A DNA stretch of 64,000 nucleotides. Source: a virus. The DNA lies in the IMG/VR virus record IMGVR_UViG_3300042505_001173, positions 32,001 to 96,000 of that record; one strand, given 5' to 3'. Under the pieces are notes generated by a model. The model did no database searches. It saw nothing but the letters and a program-made list of their open reading frames with translations, and had not been told where the DNA came from. This document shows, one piece after another, positions 30,934-39,735 of this stretch. The first letter of the stretch is position 1; the number at the start of each line of letters is the position of its first letter. The translations under genes were made by a program, and so were the position numbers.

Positions 30934-32955
30934 TCAAAAATTAATTATTTCATGATCATCCGTGAGTTTATCCGCCCTAACATACCCATCAGTTGTTAAA
31001 AACAAATGATTACCCGTTACTTCAATTTTTACACCCGTATCAAACTCCAACTTATACATTTTTTCAGCGTTAGATTTAAGTAAGTTTTCATAAACGTTTT
31101 CTACAACATCTTCTTCGAAGATCTGACTAGCTTCGTTATATGATAATACATTTTCACCAATTTTAATATCTTTTAATATTTTTTTTGTCCCATCAACTAA
31201 TGTTATATTAGTCTCACCCGATAAACATTCATCAACTACCACCATTTGAAATTGATTTATGAGGAGTGGATAGTTTTGTAATGTTTGCCACGTTGTTACG
31301 ATATGATCATAATCAATGCTTGGGTTACCTGCATGGAAATGTGAAACATCTAATTGTAACGCTGTAAATTGCTTAATTGTTTGAGTTATTAACGATGTAG
31401 CTGGTACGATCGTTAACGTTTTACATCCTTGCTGTTTATATTTATCAACAAGAACGGCGTTCAAAATGGTGTTGTGTGTGATAATACACCCATCAGTTAC
31501 ATATAAATGATCAACATCATCAATGTATATGCATTTAGTACGCTCTTTACCCCAGTACTCTATTGATTTAACTCGTCTGTTTATTTTTTGGGTATGGTTT
31601 TGTATAGTGTGATGGTATTTGATATAATTTAACTTTTTTTCATGTGACGTGAAAAATATATCATGTATTCTGTGGGACATTGTCAATGAATGAGTTCTAC
31701 GATCCTCAGATAATTTATACCAGTTACTTAAAACACCTCCTTGCATAATTACCATTTCTGATACTTGTTCAACAAGCTTAGCGTTTTGTACAATATGAAC
31801 AGTAGTGCTACCTGAAGCTGATAGTGATCCAGTCACGTCACACATACCTTGTAAAAACGATAATCTATCTTTAGCAGCGCCGAACACATATTCTTTAGGT
31901 ATGCGGTAATCGTTGCGCATATTTTGCTCTAAAAAACTGACTAGTTTCTCACTCTGTTCAGTGGTCGGTGTTAAATACGCTCTTACCTTTAACCCGTGAG
32001 TACGTTCTACTTGTAAGTCAATATCATATTTTTTAAAGTGTTTGGTAAAATCGTGTATACTGTAGCCTTTATCATATAATTTTTTATTCGGTTTGAAATA
32101 GACTCTTTCACCGTCAAACGATATAAATGGTACTGTACTACCAAACGTATATGGATCAACATCATATATTTGAGGTTCAAGATCAATTGGTACAGGAAAC
32201 GTTGGAATTAACACGCGGCTATTCTTCTTTATTTGCTCCATCAATTCTAAGGTAGTGTGCGTTTTATACTTTGAATGTTTACTGTAACGGTGATAACTTA
32301 AATTATATACGAACCATAAATGATCAGGGTGCGCGTATGTAATAGATCCGTCATACATTGTTATTTTATACACATCTGTGATACCTTGATCGTGCGTACT
32401 TAATACTTTAGCTATTGTATTTTTAGGTGTTAGTACGTATTCACCCTTTTTAATTGCACCCATGGTAGTCCAACCAGTTGGTGTCATAACTTTACAGCGT
32501 CTTGGTTGAGCTTTTCCAAAACCTGTTCCAGCTAATGCGATACCACTGCCAGCAGCTAACATTGTATTTGCAGCTTCGATTTGATGAGCAGCTAACTTAT
32601 AAGGTGTACCGGTTTTTGGATTTGTAATATGACTAAAATAATCTTCATTAACATCGGGCTGTACATCGTAAAATGTACCAGATCTATTATCGACAATATC
32701 AATATTATTATATCCTAATTTTCGTAGTGATTTGATAACCTCTGTCATCAAATATACATATGTATTTCCATTATTATAGAAAAATTTGATCTTACCATCC
32801 CATGAACCTAATTGAAATAGGGTCATATACTGGTACCCGTCAACAAATAACGCGTAACGGTCACATAAAAAGTTTATATGATCTGCATAGATACCTGAAA
32901 AATTACAATTGATCTCATCAGAGATAGTAACCCTAACTTTAGTATTGATAATCAT
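30934..32955 (-). CDS. uvsW: UvsW-like SF2 helicase, N-terminal half, with internal intein and C-terminal split-intein IntN
   Basis: WDGKIKFF, HQ (Q motif), GTGFGK|T Walker A, TTWQTL, VVVDE then CLSGET intein start. Confidence 0.88.
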   Translation of the reverse strand: MIINTKVRVTISDEINCNFSGIYADHINFLCDRYALFVDGYQYMTLFQLGSWDGKIKFFYNNGNTYVYLMTEVIKSLRKLGYNNIDIVDNRSGTFYDVQPDVNEDYFSHITNPKTGTPYKLAAHQIEAANTMLAAGSGIALAGTGFGKAQPRRCKVMTPTGWTTMGAIKKGEYVLTPKNTIAKVLSTHDQGITDVYKITMYDGSITYAHPDHLWFVYNLSYHRYSKHSKYKTHTTLELMEQIKKNSRVLIPTFPVPIDLEPQIYDVDPYTFGSTVPFISFDGERVYFKPNKKLYDKGYSIHDFTKHFKKYDIDLQVERTHGLKVRAYLTPTTEQSEKLVSFLEQNMRNDYRIPKEYVFGAAKDRLSFLQGMCDVTGSLSASGSTTVHIVQNAKLVEQVSEMVIMQGGVLSNWYKLSEDRRTHSLTMSHRIHDIFFTSHEKKLNYIKYHHTIQNHTQKINRRVKSIEYWGKERTKCIYIDDVDHLYVTDGCIITHNTILNAVLVDKYKQQGCKTLTIVPATSLITQTIKQFTALQLDVSHFHAGNPSIDYDHIVTTWQTLQNYPLLINQFQMVVVDECLSGETNITLVDGTKKILKDIKIGENVLSYNEASQIFEEDVVENVYENLLKSNAEKMYKLEFDTGVKIEVTGNHLFLTTDGYVRADKLTDDHEIINF
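30937..31227 (-). mobile_element. split intein N-fragment (97 aa)
   Basis: Block A CLSGETNITL, IKIGENVLSY; block B VTGNHLFLT; ends at the stop codon with no block F/G. Confidence 0.88.
31471..32511 (-). mobile_element. contiguous class-3 intein with LAGLIDADG-type endonuclease remnant in Walker A
   Basis: Starts with Ala (AQP); block B HPDHLW, FLQGMCDVTGS, block F TKCIYID, block G ITHN, then +1 Thr; 347 aa. Confidence 0.85.
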
Positions 32956-32967
32956 TTATAGTCCTGT

Positions 32968-33438
32968 TTATGGAATTAACCAATCATCGTTCGATGCGAT
33001 AATTAATCTTGTTAGATTGTTTAATGCGTACCCTAACTTATCATAACTACTCACAACACGTTTGAACTGGTCATGAAGTTCTTCCACTTTAAGATATTTT
33101 TCTAGCATGTCAAGGTACACTGGATCATGCTTAATATATTCTTCTTTATCTTTTGGTGTTAATACCCGATCCATTTTTTCAGTATATTTTTGCCATAATT
33201 TACCTTTTGTTGAATCAAGAACTAATTTTACATATTCTTTAATGTATTTTACTTCTACTTCTTTTTCATGGTAATAGTTGGCCCAACCGGATTGTTCTGC
33301 ATTCACAACACTAATAGGTTTACCAGATATTCTTAAAAGATCTTCAACTTCGTCCAAATATGATGTGTATACATTGATAACTTTATCTAAATTATTCAAA
33401 TCTTTCTTAATCAAATCGAGAGCTTTCATTACCTTCAC
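32968..33438 (-). CDS. uvsY: UvsY-like recombination mediator
   Basis: Helical 156-aa protein between uvsX and uvsW; YTEKMDRVLT.KDKEEYI, GYALNNLTRL. Confidence 0.7.
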   Translation of the reverse strand: MKVMKALDLIKKDLNNLDKVINVYTSYLDEVEDLLRISGKPISVVNAEQSGWANYYHEKEVEVKYIKEYVKLVLDSTKGKLWQKYTEKMDRVLTPKDKEEYIKHDPVYLDMLEKYLKVEELHDQFKRVVSSYDKLGYALNNLTRLIIASNDDWLIP

Positions 33439-33449
33439 CGTATAACGAA

Positions 33450-33471
33450 GAGTGCTCCTTAAGGAGCACTC
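33450..33471. terminator. palindromic hairpin after uvsX
   Basis: GAGTGCTCCTT-AAGGAGCACTC. Confidence 0.55.
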
Positions 33472-33483
33472 AGTTTAAAATGC

Positions 33484-34629
33484 TTATTCTACAATAAAAT
33501 CATCATCATATCCAGACATATCTACAGCTGTCGAATCTACTAATGGTATCGATACACCTATATTAGCTGGTACAGCTTCTGGAATTTCTTCAAGCTCAGC
33601 ATCATCTTTTGAAATTTGCAAGAAAACATTTGTTTTTTCATTACATTTTTCAATAATTCTATCAGCATGCTGTGCAATATCTCTAGCGTACCATTTATTT
33701 TTCTCTTCGCCGTCGATATAAACATACGACCCAGCTTTTTTCAATACACCTAATCCAACAGCAACATCAGATAAACCACTTAATGGATTCATACCGGTAT
33801 CGTATGGTACTTCTACTGTAACTGTTTGATAAGGTTTAGTAAACCTTGTTTTGAATGCTTCGCATTTCATTCGAATACCAGCGATACCTGCTTCAGCTGA
33901 CTCACCTTTCAGTTTTAATTTAGTAATTAAAATAATTTGAGACAAGCTGTATCTAATAGCGCCATTAACTACCCAAGCGCCTTCACCTTGCATTAACTGA
34001 TCACGTGATGCTGCATAGACCTGTTTAGTAACGATCATGCTAATATTCAATCCCTTAACATCGCCGACGAAGGTTTTAAGCATTTGTTTAATTTGTTTTG
34101 GGTGTTGCCCCTGATCAGCATTAGCATCACCTTTCTCGTATTTGTCTGCTTCTGTTTCAGTCTGTAACATATCACAGCTATCGATAGCGATCAATACCTT
34201 AGGTGCATCTACACCATCTCCGTATTCGCTACGATAACCTTTAATATACGAGCTTACAATTTTAATTACTTGAGGTATAGTTACTACTTGTACAGGCATA
34301 TAATACGGGTCTTCTGTATCAATACCAATTGCTGACGCAAATTGATCATCAAAAGCGCCCTCACTATCTAGTAATAGAATAAATGCGCCTTCCTTTTGAG
34401 CTTGTTTAACAATATTTGCTAATAAGAAGCTTTTACCAGCTCCTGATGGACCTGCTAAACCGGTCACACGACCTTGAGGTATACAATGGTTAAAATCACC
34501 GCTTACGATTTTATTTAAAACGTAATTACCAGAACCAAACCAATATCTTGGAGGTGAAGTATCAGTACTTACACCTTCCATCTTGCTGATGGTTTTTTTG
34601 AAATCTTTTAAAAAATCCATTGTCATCAC
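33484..34629 (-). CDS. uvsX: UvsX/RecA-like recombinase
   Basis: GNYVLNKIVSG, GPSGAGKS Walker A, LDSEGA, IAIDS, KTRFTKP. Confidence 0.9.
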   Translation of the reverse strand: MMTMDFLKDFKKTISKMEGVSTDTSPPRYWFGSGNYVLNKIVSGDFNHCIPQGRVTGLAGPSGAGKSFLLANIVKQAQKEGAFILLLDSEGAFDDQFASAIGIDTEDPYYMPVQVVTIPQVIKIVSSYIKGYRSEYGDGVDAPKVLIAIDSCDMLQTETEADKYEKGDANADQGQHPKQIKQMLKTFVGDVKGLNISMIVTKQVYAASRDQLMQGEGAWVVNGAIRYSLSQIILITKLKLKGESAEAGIAGIRMKCEAFKTRFTKPYQTVTVEVPYDTGMNPLSGLSDVAVGLGVLKKAGSYVYIDGEEKNKWYARDIAQHADRIIEKCNEKTNVFLQISKDDAELEEIPEAVPANIGVSIPLVDSTAVDMSGYDDDFIVE

Positions 34630-34767
34630 CTATAATATACATAATGTTAAATTAAGGAGATTCAATGACCGAGTCTTTTAATAACGTATTATTAAAAATC
34701 ATTTCTCATTGAATCTCCATTAAGAGACATTAAGGAATAATATGTCGCAACGACAATTATAGATTAA

Positions 34768-35046
34768 CTATGCTGCAACAATATCTGTATTATTCCAAAA
34801 CGCTAACGGTAAGAATACTGCATCTGATTTCAAGTACTTGTGTAACCCTTGATATACGTACAGGTTCAATCCGTCTGTAGTTAATGCTGTAGTTAGATCA
34901 GCTGTATAAGCTGGTGTTATTAGTTTCAAAACTGCTGCTACAGATTTATTATCAATTGTTATGTTTTTATAATTATAAAAAACATACCACGAATAATGTT
35001 TAATAACACAATCTAAAATGCTAAAATCTGGTGTAGTCATGTTCAT
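34768..35046 (-). CDS. hypothetical protein
   Basis: ORF overlapping the upstream stop. Confidence 0.55.
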   Translation of the reverse strand: MNMTTPDFSILDCVIKHYSWYVFYNYKNITIDNKSVAAVLKLITPAYTADLTTALTTDGLNLYVYQGLHKYLKSDAVFLPLAFWNNTDIVAA

Positions 35047-35384
35047 GCATGTACCTCTGGTTGGTTAACTACTGTGTAGTTAGTTGAATTAGGAATCACT
35101 AAAATATTATTATTAGGGAACACCGCTTTAAATTTAGCAGCAGTTTGTGTCGCTAATGATTGGTATTTCGATGATGATAATTCACCACGATTAATGCGTA
35201 CTATGATTACAGAACCAGTTTTTAAACATAAAACTTTAGGCTGATCGCAACATCCTTCAGATGCTTCTGAACAATCCTCATCACCATCGTCAATAACATC
35301 GACGATATCAACAGTAACTGCCGTTGATGAGTTAGAAGATTTTGAGGATGAATTTGAATTAGTATTTGATTGGGTCTCCGCCAT
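35043..35384 (-). CDS. hypothetical protein
   Basis: 113-aa ORF with GGAG RBS; TAAATA-like site upstream. Confidence 0.6.
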   Translation of the reverse strand: MAETQSNTNSNSSSKSSNSSTAVTVDIVDVIDDGDEDCSEASEGCCDQPKVLCLKTGSVIIVRINRGELSSSKYQSLATQTAAKFKAVFPNNNILVIPNSTNYTVVNQPEVHA

Positions 35385-35490
35385 TTTTACAACTCCCTTA
35401 TATTAAAAATACATGCTCACCGAGTCATTCGATGTGCATTGTATTTATTATATTTGAGAGTTGCAATTAAACGGACACCTTACAAAAATT

Positions 35491-36129
35491 TTAAACTAAT
35501 TCTATATGTACTGGTTTTTTTGATTCCAATACAATTTGTTGTTCTACTACAGGGTTAACGTACGGTTCCGAATTTACTAACTTATTCCAAAACTCTGGAT
35601 CTTTCCACGATTTAACGATTGCATCACTAAATTTAATATCTTGAATACCAAAATTCCACCAACCGTTCCAATTACCCCAGGTTTTGTTTGTTGCTTCTGC
35701 CCAACCTGAAGTTGTTTCATGTACTCTTACAGAATGCAATGACATTGAATTTGCATTCTCGCCATTATTGAATTGCGTATTTTTAATTATTGCATCAATA
35801 GCATGATACATCATTAATGAAATTGCTTCAGCGCTAGGTGAGGTAGGTGTAATAATAACTCGAGGACAATGATTAGCAATCATATTTTTAAATGATTCAG
35901 GTTCTGCATCCCAAATTGTATAAGCATTATCAAACGATTTTACAAATTCACCGATGGTTGGTTTAAACAACCCAAAATCCATAACCATTTGACCATTATC
36001 TAATTTGTCACCCTGTACTACTACTTCGACGGAATACGTATGAGAGTGTATGCTACGTTTACAACGCTCGCTAGAGCAATTTCTAACGATATGCATATTA
36101 TTGAACTGAAATTGTTTTCTAATTAACAT
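35491..36129 (-). CDS. queD: 6-carboxytetrahydropterin synthase (QueD/PTPS family)
   Basis: H..RNCSSERC..SIHSHTY, GQMVMDFG, PSAE, VHETT motifs. Confidence 0.85.
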   Translation of the reverse strand: MLIRKQFQFNNMHIVRNCSSERCKRSIHSHTYSVEVVVQGDKLDNGQMVMDFGLFKPTIGEFVKSFDNAYTIWDAEPESFKNMIANHCPRVIITPTSPSAEAISLMMYHAIDAIIKNTQFNNGENANSMSLHSVRVHETTSGWAEATNKTWGNWNGWWNFGIQDIKFSDAIVKSWKDPEFWNKLVNSEPYVNPVVEQQIVLESKKPVHIELV

Positions 36130-36133
36130 CGTT

Positions 36134-36508
36134 TTAACCCTCGATATGGTAGCTTAATACATCTGAATATCCTGGAGCGCTTACATCACCTTCAAATGTA
36201 CATTTACATAAGGAAACTTTAATAGTGTGAGGTCTATCAATCGTTTTTAGTACTCTTTCTTTTATCATATGACTAATAACGCTACACACGTCATAATAAA
36301 GATTTTTTGATTCTGCTAATAAGAAATGACGTAAACTGTACGAAGCTATTTCAGCACTATCAGTAATTAAACAATGATCCAGTGAATCAATAATTTGCAA
36401 ATATAACGCAGGCTCTACTACACGGTCAAACATTAATTCGATTTTTACAGAGCCACCTATATATTTGCTATGACCCATTTCAACGACATCTGATACAATA
36501 AAATTCAT
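36134..36508 (-). CDS. hypothetical protein, possibly a degenerate QueD-like T-fold
   Basis: IIDSLDHCLI resembles QueD LDH; adjacent to queD. Confidence 0.4.
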   Translation of the reverse strand: MNFIVSDVVEMGHSKYIGGSVKIELMFDRVVEPALYLQIIDSLDHCLITDSAEIASYSLRHFLLAESKNLYYDVCSVISHMIKERVLKTIDRPHTIKVSLCKCTFEGDVSAPGYSDVLSYHIEG

Positions 36509-36687
36509 AACTGTTCCTGTTTACCTGGTACTACTGAAAGAGAGTTATGATCATAACTCGGTTTGATTATTTGGTTTTCTTCTTCATTATCCATAGGTCT
36601 TCGATCGTAAACAACGGTATCGATAATACCAACTACCATGATCGTGAATAAAACCCATAAAAGAAAAGTTTTTAAATCTGAGGCCAT
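36505..36687 (-). CDS. small membrane protein
   Basis: AGGAG RBS, one TM helix. Confidence 0.6.
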   Translation of the reverse strand: MASDLKTFLLWVLFTIMVVGIIDTVVYDRRPMDNEEENQIIKPSYDHNSLSVVPGKQEQL

Positions 36688-36705
36688 TTTTATCTCCTAA
36701 TAAAT

Positions 36706-36732
36706 GAGTGAGTAGCTAATAACTACTCACTC
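36706..36732. terminator. hairpin after the SSB gene
   Basis: GAGTGAGTAG-N7-CTACTCACTC. Confidence 0.55.
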
Positions 36733-36741
36733 GAGCATTAT

Positions 36742-37668
36742 TTAGCCAGCTTTGTTACGTCTTGCGTTTCGAAGTTGCTCTAAAATAGCTTCAGCTTCAT
36801 CATCTTCATCGTTTGATACTTGAATCGTTGGTTTAGATTCTGCAGCGACTGCTACAGTTGCAGTAGGTGCTGATGTTGCTTGTAAAATATCACTGGTAGA
36901 TGATAACGTCGCTGTAGGTGCACTAGACGCACCAGGAGTATAGGATGTACCGTTTAGGAACGCGTTTAATGCAGCATTAACATCATCTAATGATGGTTTA
37001 GCTGGAAGTAATGACTTCAACTCGACGTATTCTGATTCAATAAATTCAATTGTTTCATCATCTAACGCTGTTGGTTGTTTTGCGAAACGACTTCTAATAT
37101 AACTGAAGTAATTCCCATCAACTGTTTTACGAGCAATGAAGTTACAACCTAATTTATAATCATGTGGTGGCTCATCAACATCTTCTAATGAAATATCCAC
37201 CGCTTCATACACTTGTGATCTAATAACCACAGGACAAACCTTACCTTCATATGTTTCAGAAGTTTCTGGATTGGGTGGTAATGGATCTTTAACAACGTAA
37301 ACTTGAGCTAACCAATCTCGACTACGGTATAACTGTTTACCAGTTACAGAAGTTTTACCTTCGTTTTTGTAATACATCACACTTGCTTTACAGATTGGGC
37401 ATTGATCGCCATACATTTTAAGACATGGGACACGTTTCTTTTCACCGTTAATCGTAAGAATATGAATATCACGTTCTGCAAAGAACCATTGATTATCTAT
37501 ATCTTTATCTGGTAAAAATCTGAAAATTGCTTCTGAGCCAGCTTCTGCTGAAAAGAAAGGGTAGTATTTGGAATTGCCGTAGTTGGGTTGAGCGCTAGGT
37601 GCGCGACCGTTGCTTTTGAATTTTGATCTTAAAGCGTTAAGGTCAAAGGTTCTACGAGTTGCTGTCAT
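36742..37668 (-). CDS. gp32-like single-stranded DNA-binding protein (start probably MTATRR)
   Basis: FRFLPD, PCLKMYGDQCPIC Zn site, VYVVKDP, GCNF, acidic C-terminal tail. Confidence 0.85.
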   Translation of the reverse strand: MTATRRTFDLNALRSKFKSNGRAPSAQPNYGNSKYYPFFSAEAGSEAIFRFLPDKDIDNQWFFAERDIHILTINGEKKRVPCLKMYGDQCPICKASVMYYKNEGKTSVTGKQLYRSRDWLAQVYVVKDPLPPNPETSETYEGKVCPVVIRSQVYEAVDISLEDVDEPPHDYKLGCNFIARKTVDGNYFSYIRSRFAKQPTALDDETIEFIESEYVELKSLLPAKPSLDDVNAALNAFLNGTSYTPGASSAPTATLSSTSDILQATSAPTATVAVAAESKPTIQVSNDEDDEAEAILEQLRNARRNKAG

Positions 37669-37705
37669 ATTAATCACCATTATTTTATCTTTATTAATTT
37701 AGAAT

Positions 37706-37744
37706 TAGGTTTAAGATTTCTCTTTAAGGTGAACCTATACACCT
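37706..37744 (-). promoter_or_regulatory. H-type RNA pseudoknot in the SSB mRNA leader
   Basis: AGGTG/CACCT stem 1, TAGGTT/AACCTA stem 2, 2-nt loop 1. Confidence 0.6.
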
Positions 37745-37783
37745 CTACCATTAGCACATTTAGTTAACTAAACACACTCTACT

Positions 37784-37812
37784 ATTATATGATTGTTTAC
37801 TTAAAAAATCAA
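37784..37812 (-). promoter_or_regulatory. sigma70-type promoter for SSB
   Basis: TTGATT-17-TATAAT. Confidence 0.7.
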
Positions 37813-37970
37813 TGTATATTCTTGATATCCGATAAAAAATCATCGTTATTCGTTGTTGGTAGTTCTACCTGTTTCATTAAAAATGTAATGTAGTCAGAAA
37901 ACTCAACTGGTGTTAATTCTTTGAGGTCTGTACCGTAAATCTCATTATATTTGTCTATAGATAGTTGCAT
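37809..37970 (-). CDS. small acidic hypothetical protein (53 aa, not in the ORF track)
   Basis: GGTGA RBS; MQLSIDKYNEIYGTDLKELTPVEFSDYI... Confidence 0.5.
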   Translation of the reverse strand: MQLSIDKYNEIYGTDLKELTPVEFSDYITFLMKQVELPTTNNDDFLSDIKNIH

Positions 37971-38046
37971 ATTTATCACCAAAAAATGAATATTAACCTT
38001 GATTTTCGCAGTCTAAATATTTATAAAAATACATTATGAGGTCGTT

Positions 38047-38229
38047 ATGAATTTACACACAAAAACACAATACGCCATTAAAGTTAATGGTATGATTCAA
38101 CAAAAGTATGCAACATCAGAAGAAGCAAATTATCAGTTATCAGGTTTGAGACAATCACACCCAGGTATATACGAACATGCTTCAATTGTAGTTGTTTCAG
38201 ATGATAATAGAGAGATGCTCCTTGGTTAA
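38047..38229 (+). CDS. hypothetical protein
   Basis: GAGGT RBS; 60 aa ending DNREMLLG. Confidence 0.65.
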   Translation: MNLHTKTQYAIKVNGMIQQKYATSEEANYQLSGLRQSHPGIYEHASIVVVSDDNREMLLG

Positions 38230-38539
38230 TCGTTTACCTGAAATTAAAACTCTGTACAATAGACTTAAATCATCTGCTAAGTCTCGTAATATTGAGTTTA
38301 AATTAAGCATTACTGATTTATATGATTTATCGTTTCCGATAACTTGTCCTATTTTAGGAATACCTATGAAATTTAATAGAGGTGTACCACAGGATGATAG
38401 TTATTCGATTGATAGAGTTGACTCTTCTAAAGGGTATATAGCTGATAACATTAGAGTTATCAGCTATAGAGCTAATCGGTTGAAAAGCGATGGTACTAAA
38501 ACTGAAATTATTAAATTATCAGATTATATTACACTATAG
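38192..38539 (+). CDS. HNH/His-Me finger endonuclease-like protein (start may be TTG near 38222)
   Basis: CPILG...SIDRVDSSKGY..DNIRVIS..AN..K. Confidence 0.7.
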   Translation: MFQMIIERCSLVNRLPEIKTLYNRLKSSAKSRNIEFKLSITDLYDLSFPITCPILGIPMKFNRGVPQDDSYSIDRVDSSKGYIADNIRVISYRANRLKSDGTKTEIIKLSDYITL

Positions 38540-38565
38540 TACACAATTACAACACACTAAAAATA

Positions 38566-39255
38566 TTAAGATAACATAGTACCTACATCATTACGATTTA
38601 GATAACAATCTTGTAAGAAATCTAACACTTCATTCATTAAATTATTACTAACCTTAGCTGTTTTAAGGAAATGGGTTAAATATTCGTTATCTTCTTTATC
38701 GCTCCAAATTTTTACATAAGTTCCATCTTTATATCCGTTGTTTTGACGGAAAATATTTAATGCGTTTTTACCAATATACATTTTATACAGATCGTTAAAA
38801 TTCTTTCCTAATCCGTACCAAACTGCAAAGAATGATTCAAAGCAAAAGTAACTTTCATATGGATCTGGAGCTGTTACATGATGTACCAAGTTACAAATAT
38901 CACCTCTAATTTGCGCTGCATCTAAAATAGTAAAGTCATCCTCAACACTATTAATAACTTCAACCATATTGTCCCATTCATCGTCAGTGATGGTGACGTT
39001 CCCGTTTGCATCAAGTACGTAACTCATACCAAAATGCCAGATATCGACCATTTCCATGATTACTTGATTCATGTCAGGCTCTTGATGTTTCCACCATTTA
39101 TACCCGAGGTGCTCAATTAGTTCTGCACTCTCAGCTAAAATTGCTTCATTCCAAGCAAAGTGTTGAGATTTCCAATCGGTGTGTACATGTTTATTAAAAC
39201 TATCTTGCATTGCGAACATAGTTTGAATTAATTCTTGTTTTGAAGCTTCGCTCAT
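38566..39255 (-). CDS. dut: dimeric all-alpha dUTPase
   Basis: ESAELIEHLGYKWWK, EMVDIWHF, YIGKNALNIFRQNNGYKDGTY. Confidence 0.88.
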   Translation of the reverse strand: MSEASKQELIQTMFAMQDSFNKHVHTDWKSQHFAWNEAILAESAELIEHLGYKWWKHQEPDMNQVIMEMVDIWHFGMSYVLDANGNVTITDDEWDNMVEVINSVEDDFTILDAAQIRGDICNLVHHVTAPDPYESYFCFESFFAVWYGLGKNFNDLYKMYIGKNALNIFRQNNGYKDGTYVKIWSDKEDNEYLTHFLKTAKVSNNLMNEVLDFLQDCYLNRNDVGTMLS

Positions 39256-39264
39256 AATGTAACC

Positions 39265-39720
39265 TTATTTTTTAACATGATTTAAATAATACCCAACCCA
39301 ATCCCCCATAAAGATGTTTTGCGCATCTTTAAGTGAAATTTTTCCCCTACAAATATCTTTTTGCATTTTACGTTCTAACACATCTTTATTATAAGCAGTA
39401 ACATTTACACTTTTGTATGGTTGAGGCCACAAATTAGCTTCACTAGATGGTGCACCACCACTCGATAAAGGTAAAAGATGATCAAGCTCATAATGAGATA
39501 AATTTGTATCTGCATACCCGTATTTTTTAATTAATTTTTTTTTCAATTTGTTGGTGTACGATACCGGTGGACGTACCGTACTTGTCCAATTTGGTACACA
39601 AATTGTTTGATGAATGTTATCCTGTGTTACATCAGGGTTAATATCTCCAGGAGTGTAGATGTTTGGTACAGCTGACACGGTTGAAGATACAAATATCCCC
39701 AAGATTAATAATTTTTTCAT
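39265..39720 (-). CDS. secreted HNH-like protein
   Basis: Signal peptide MKKLLILGIFVSSTVSA; YELDHLLPLSSGG..NLWPQ...KD.LE. Confidence 0.7.
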   Translation of the reverse strand: MKKLLILGIFVSSTVSAVPNIYTPGDINPDVTQDNIHQTICVPNWTSTVRPPVSYTNKLKKKLIKKYGYADTNLSHYELDHLLPLSSGGAPSSEANLWPQPYKSVNVTAYNKDVLERKMQKDICRGKISLKDAQNIFMGDWVGYYLNHVKK

Positions 39721-39735
39721 ATAGATCTCAACATG

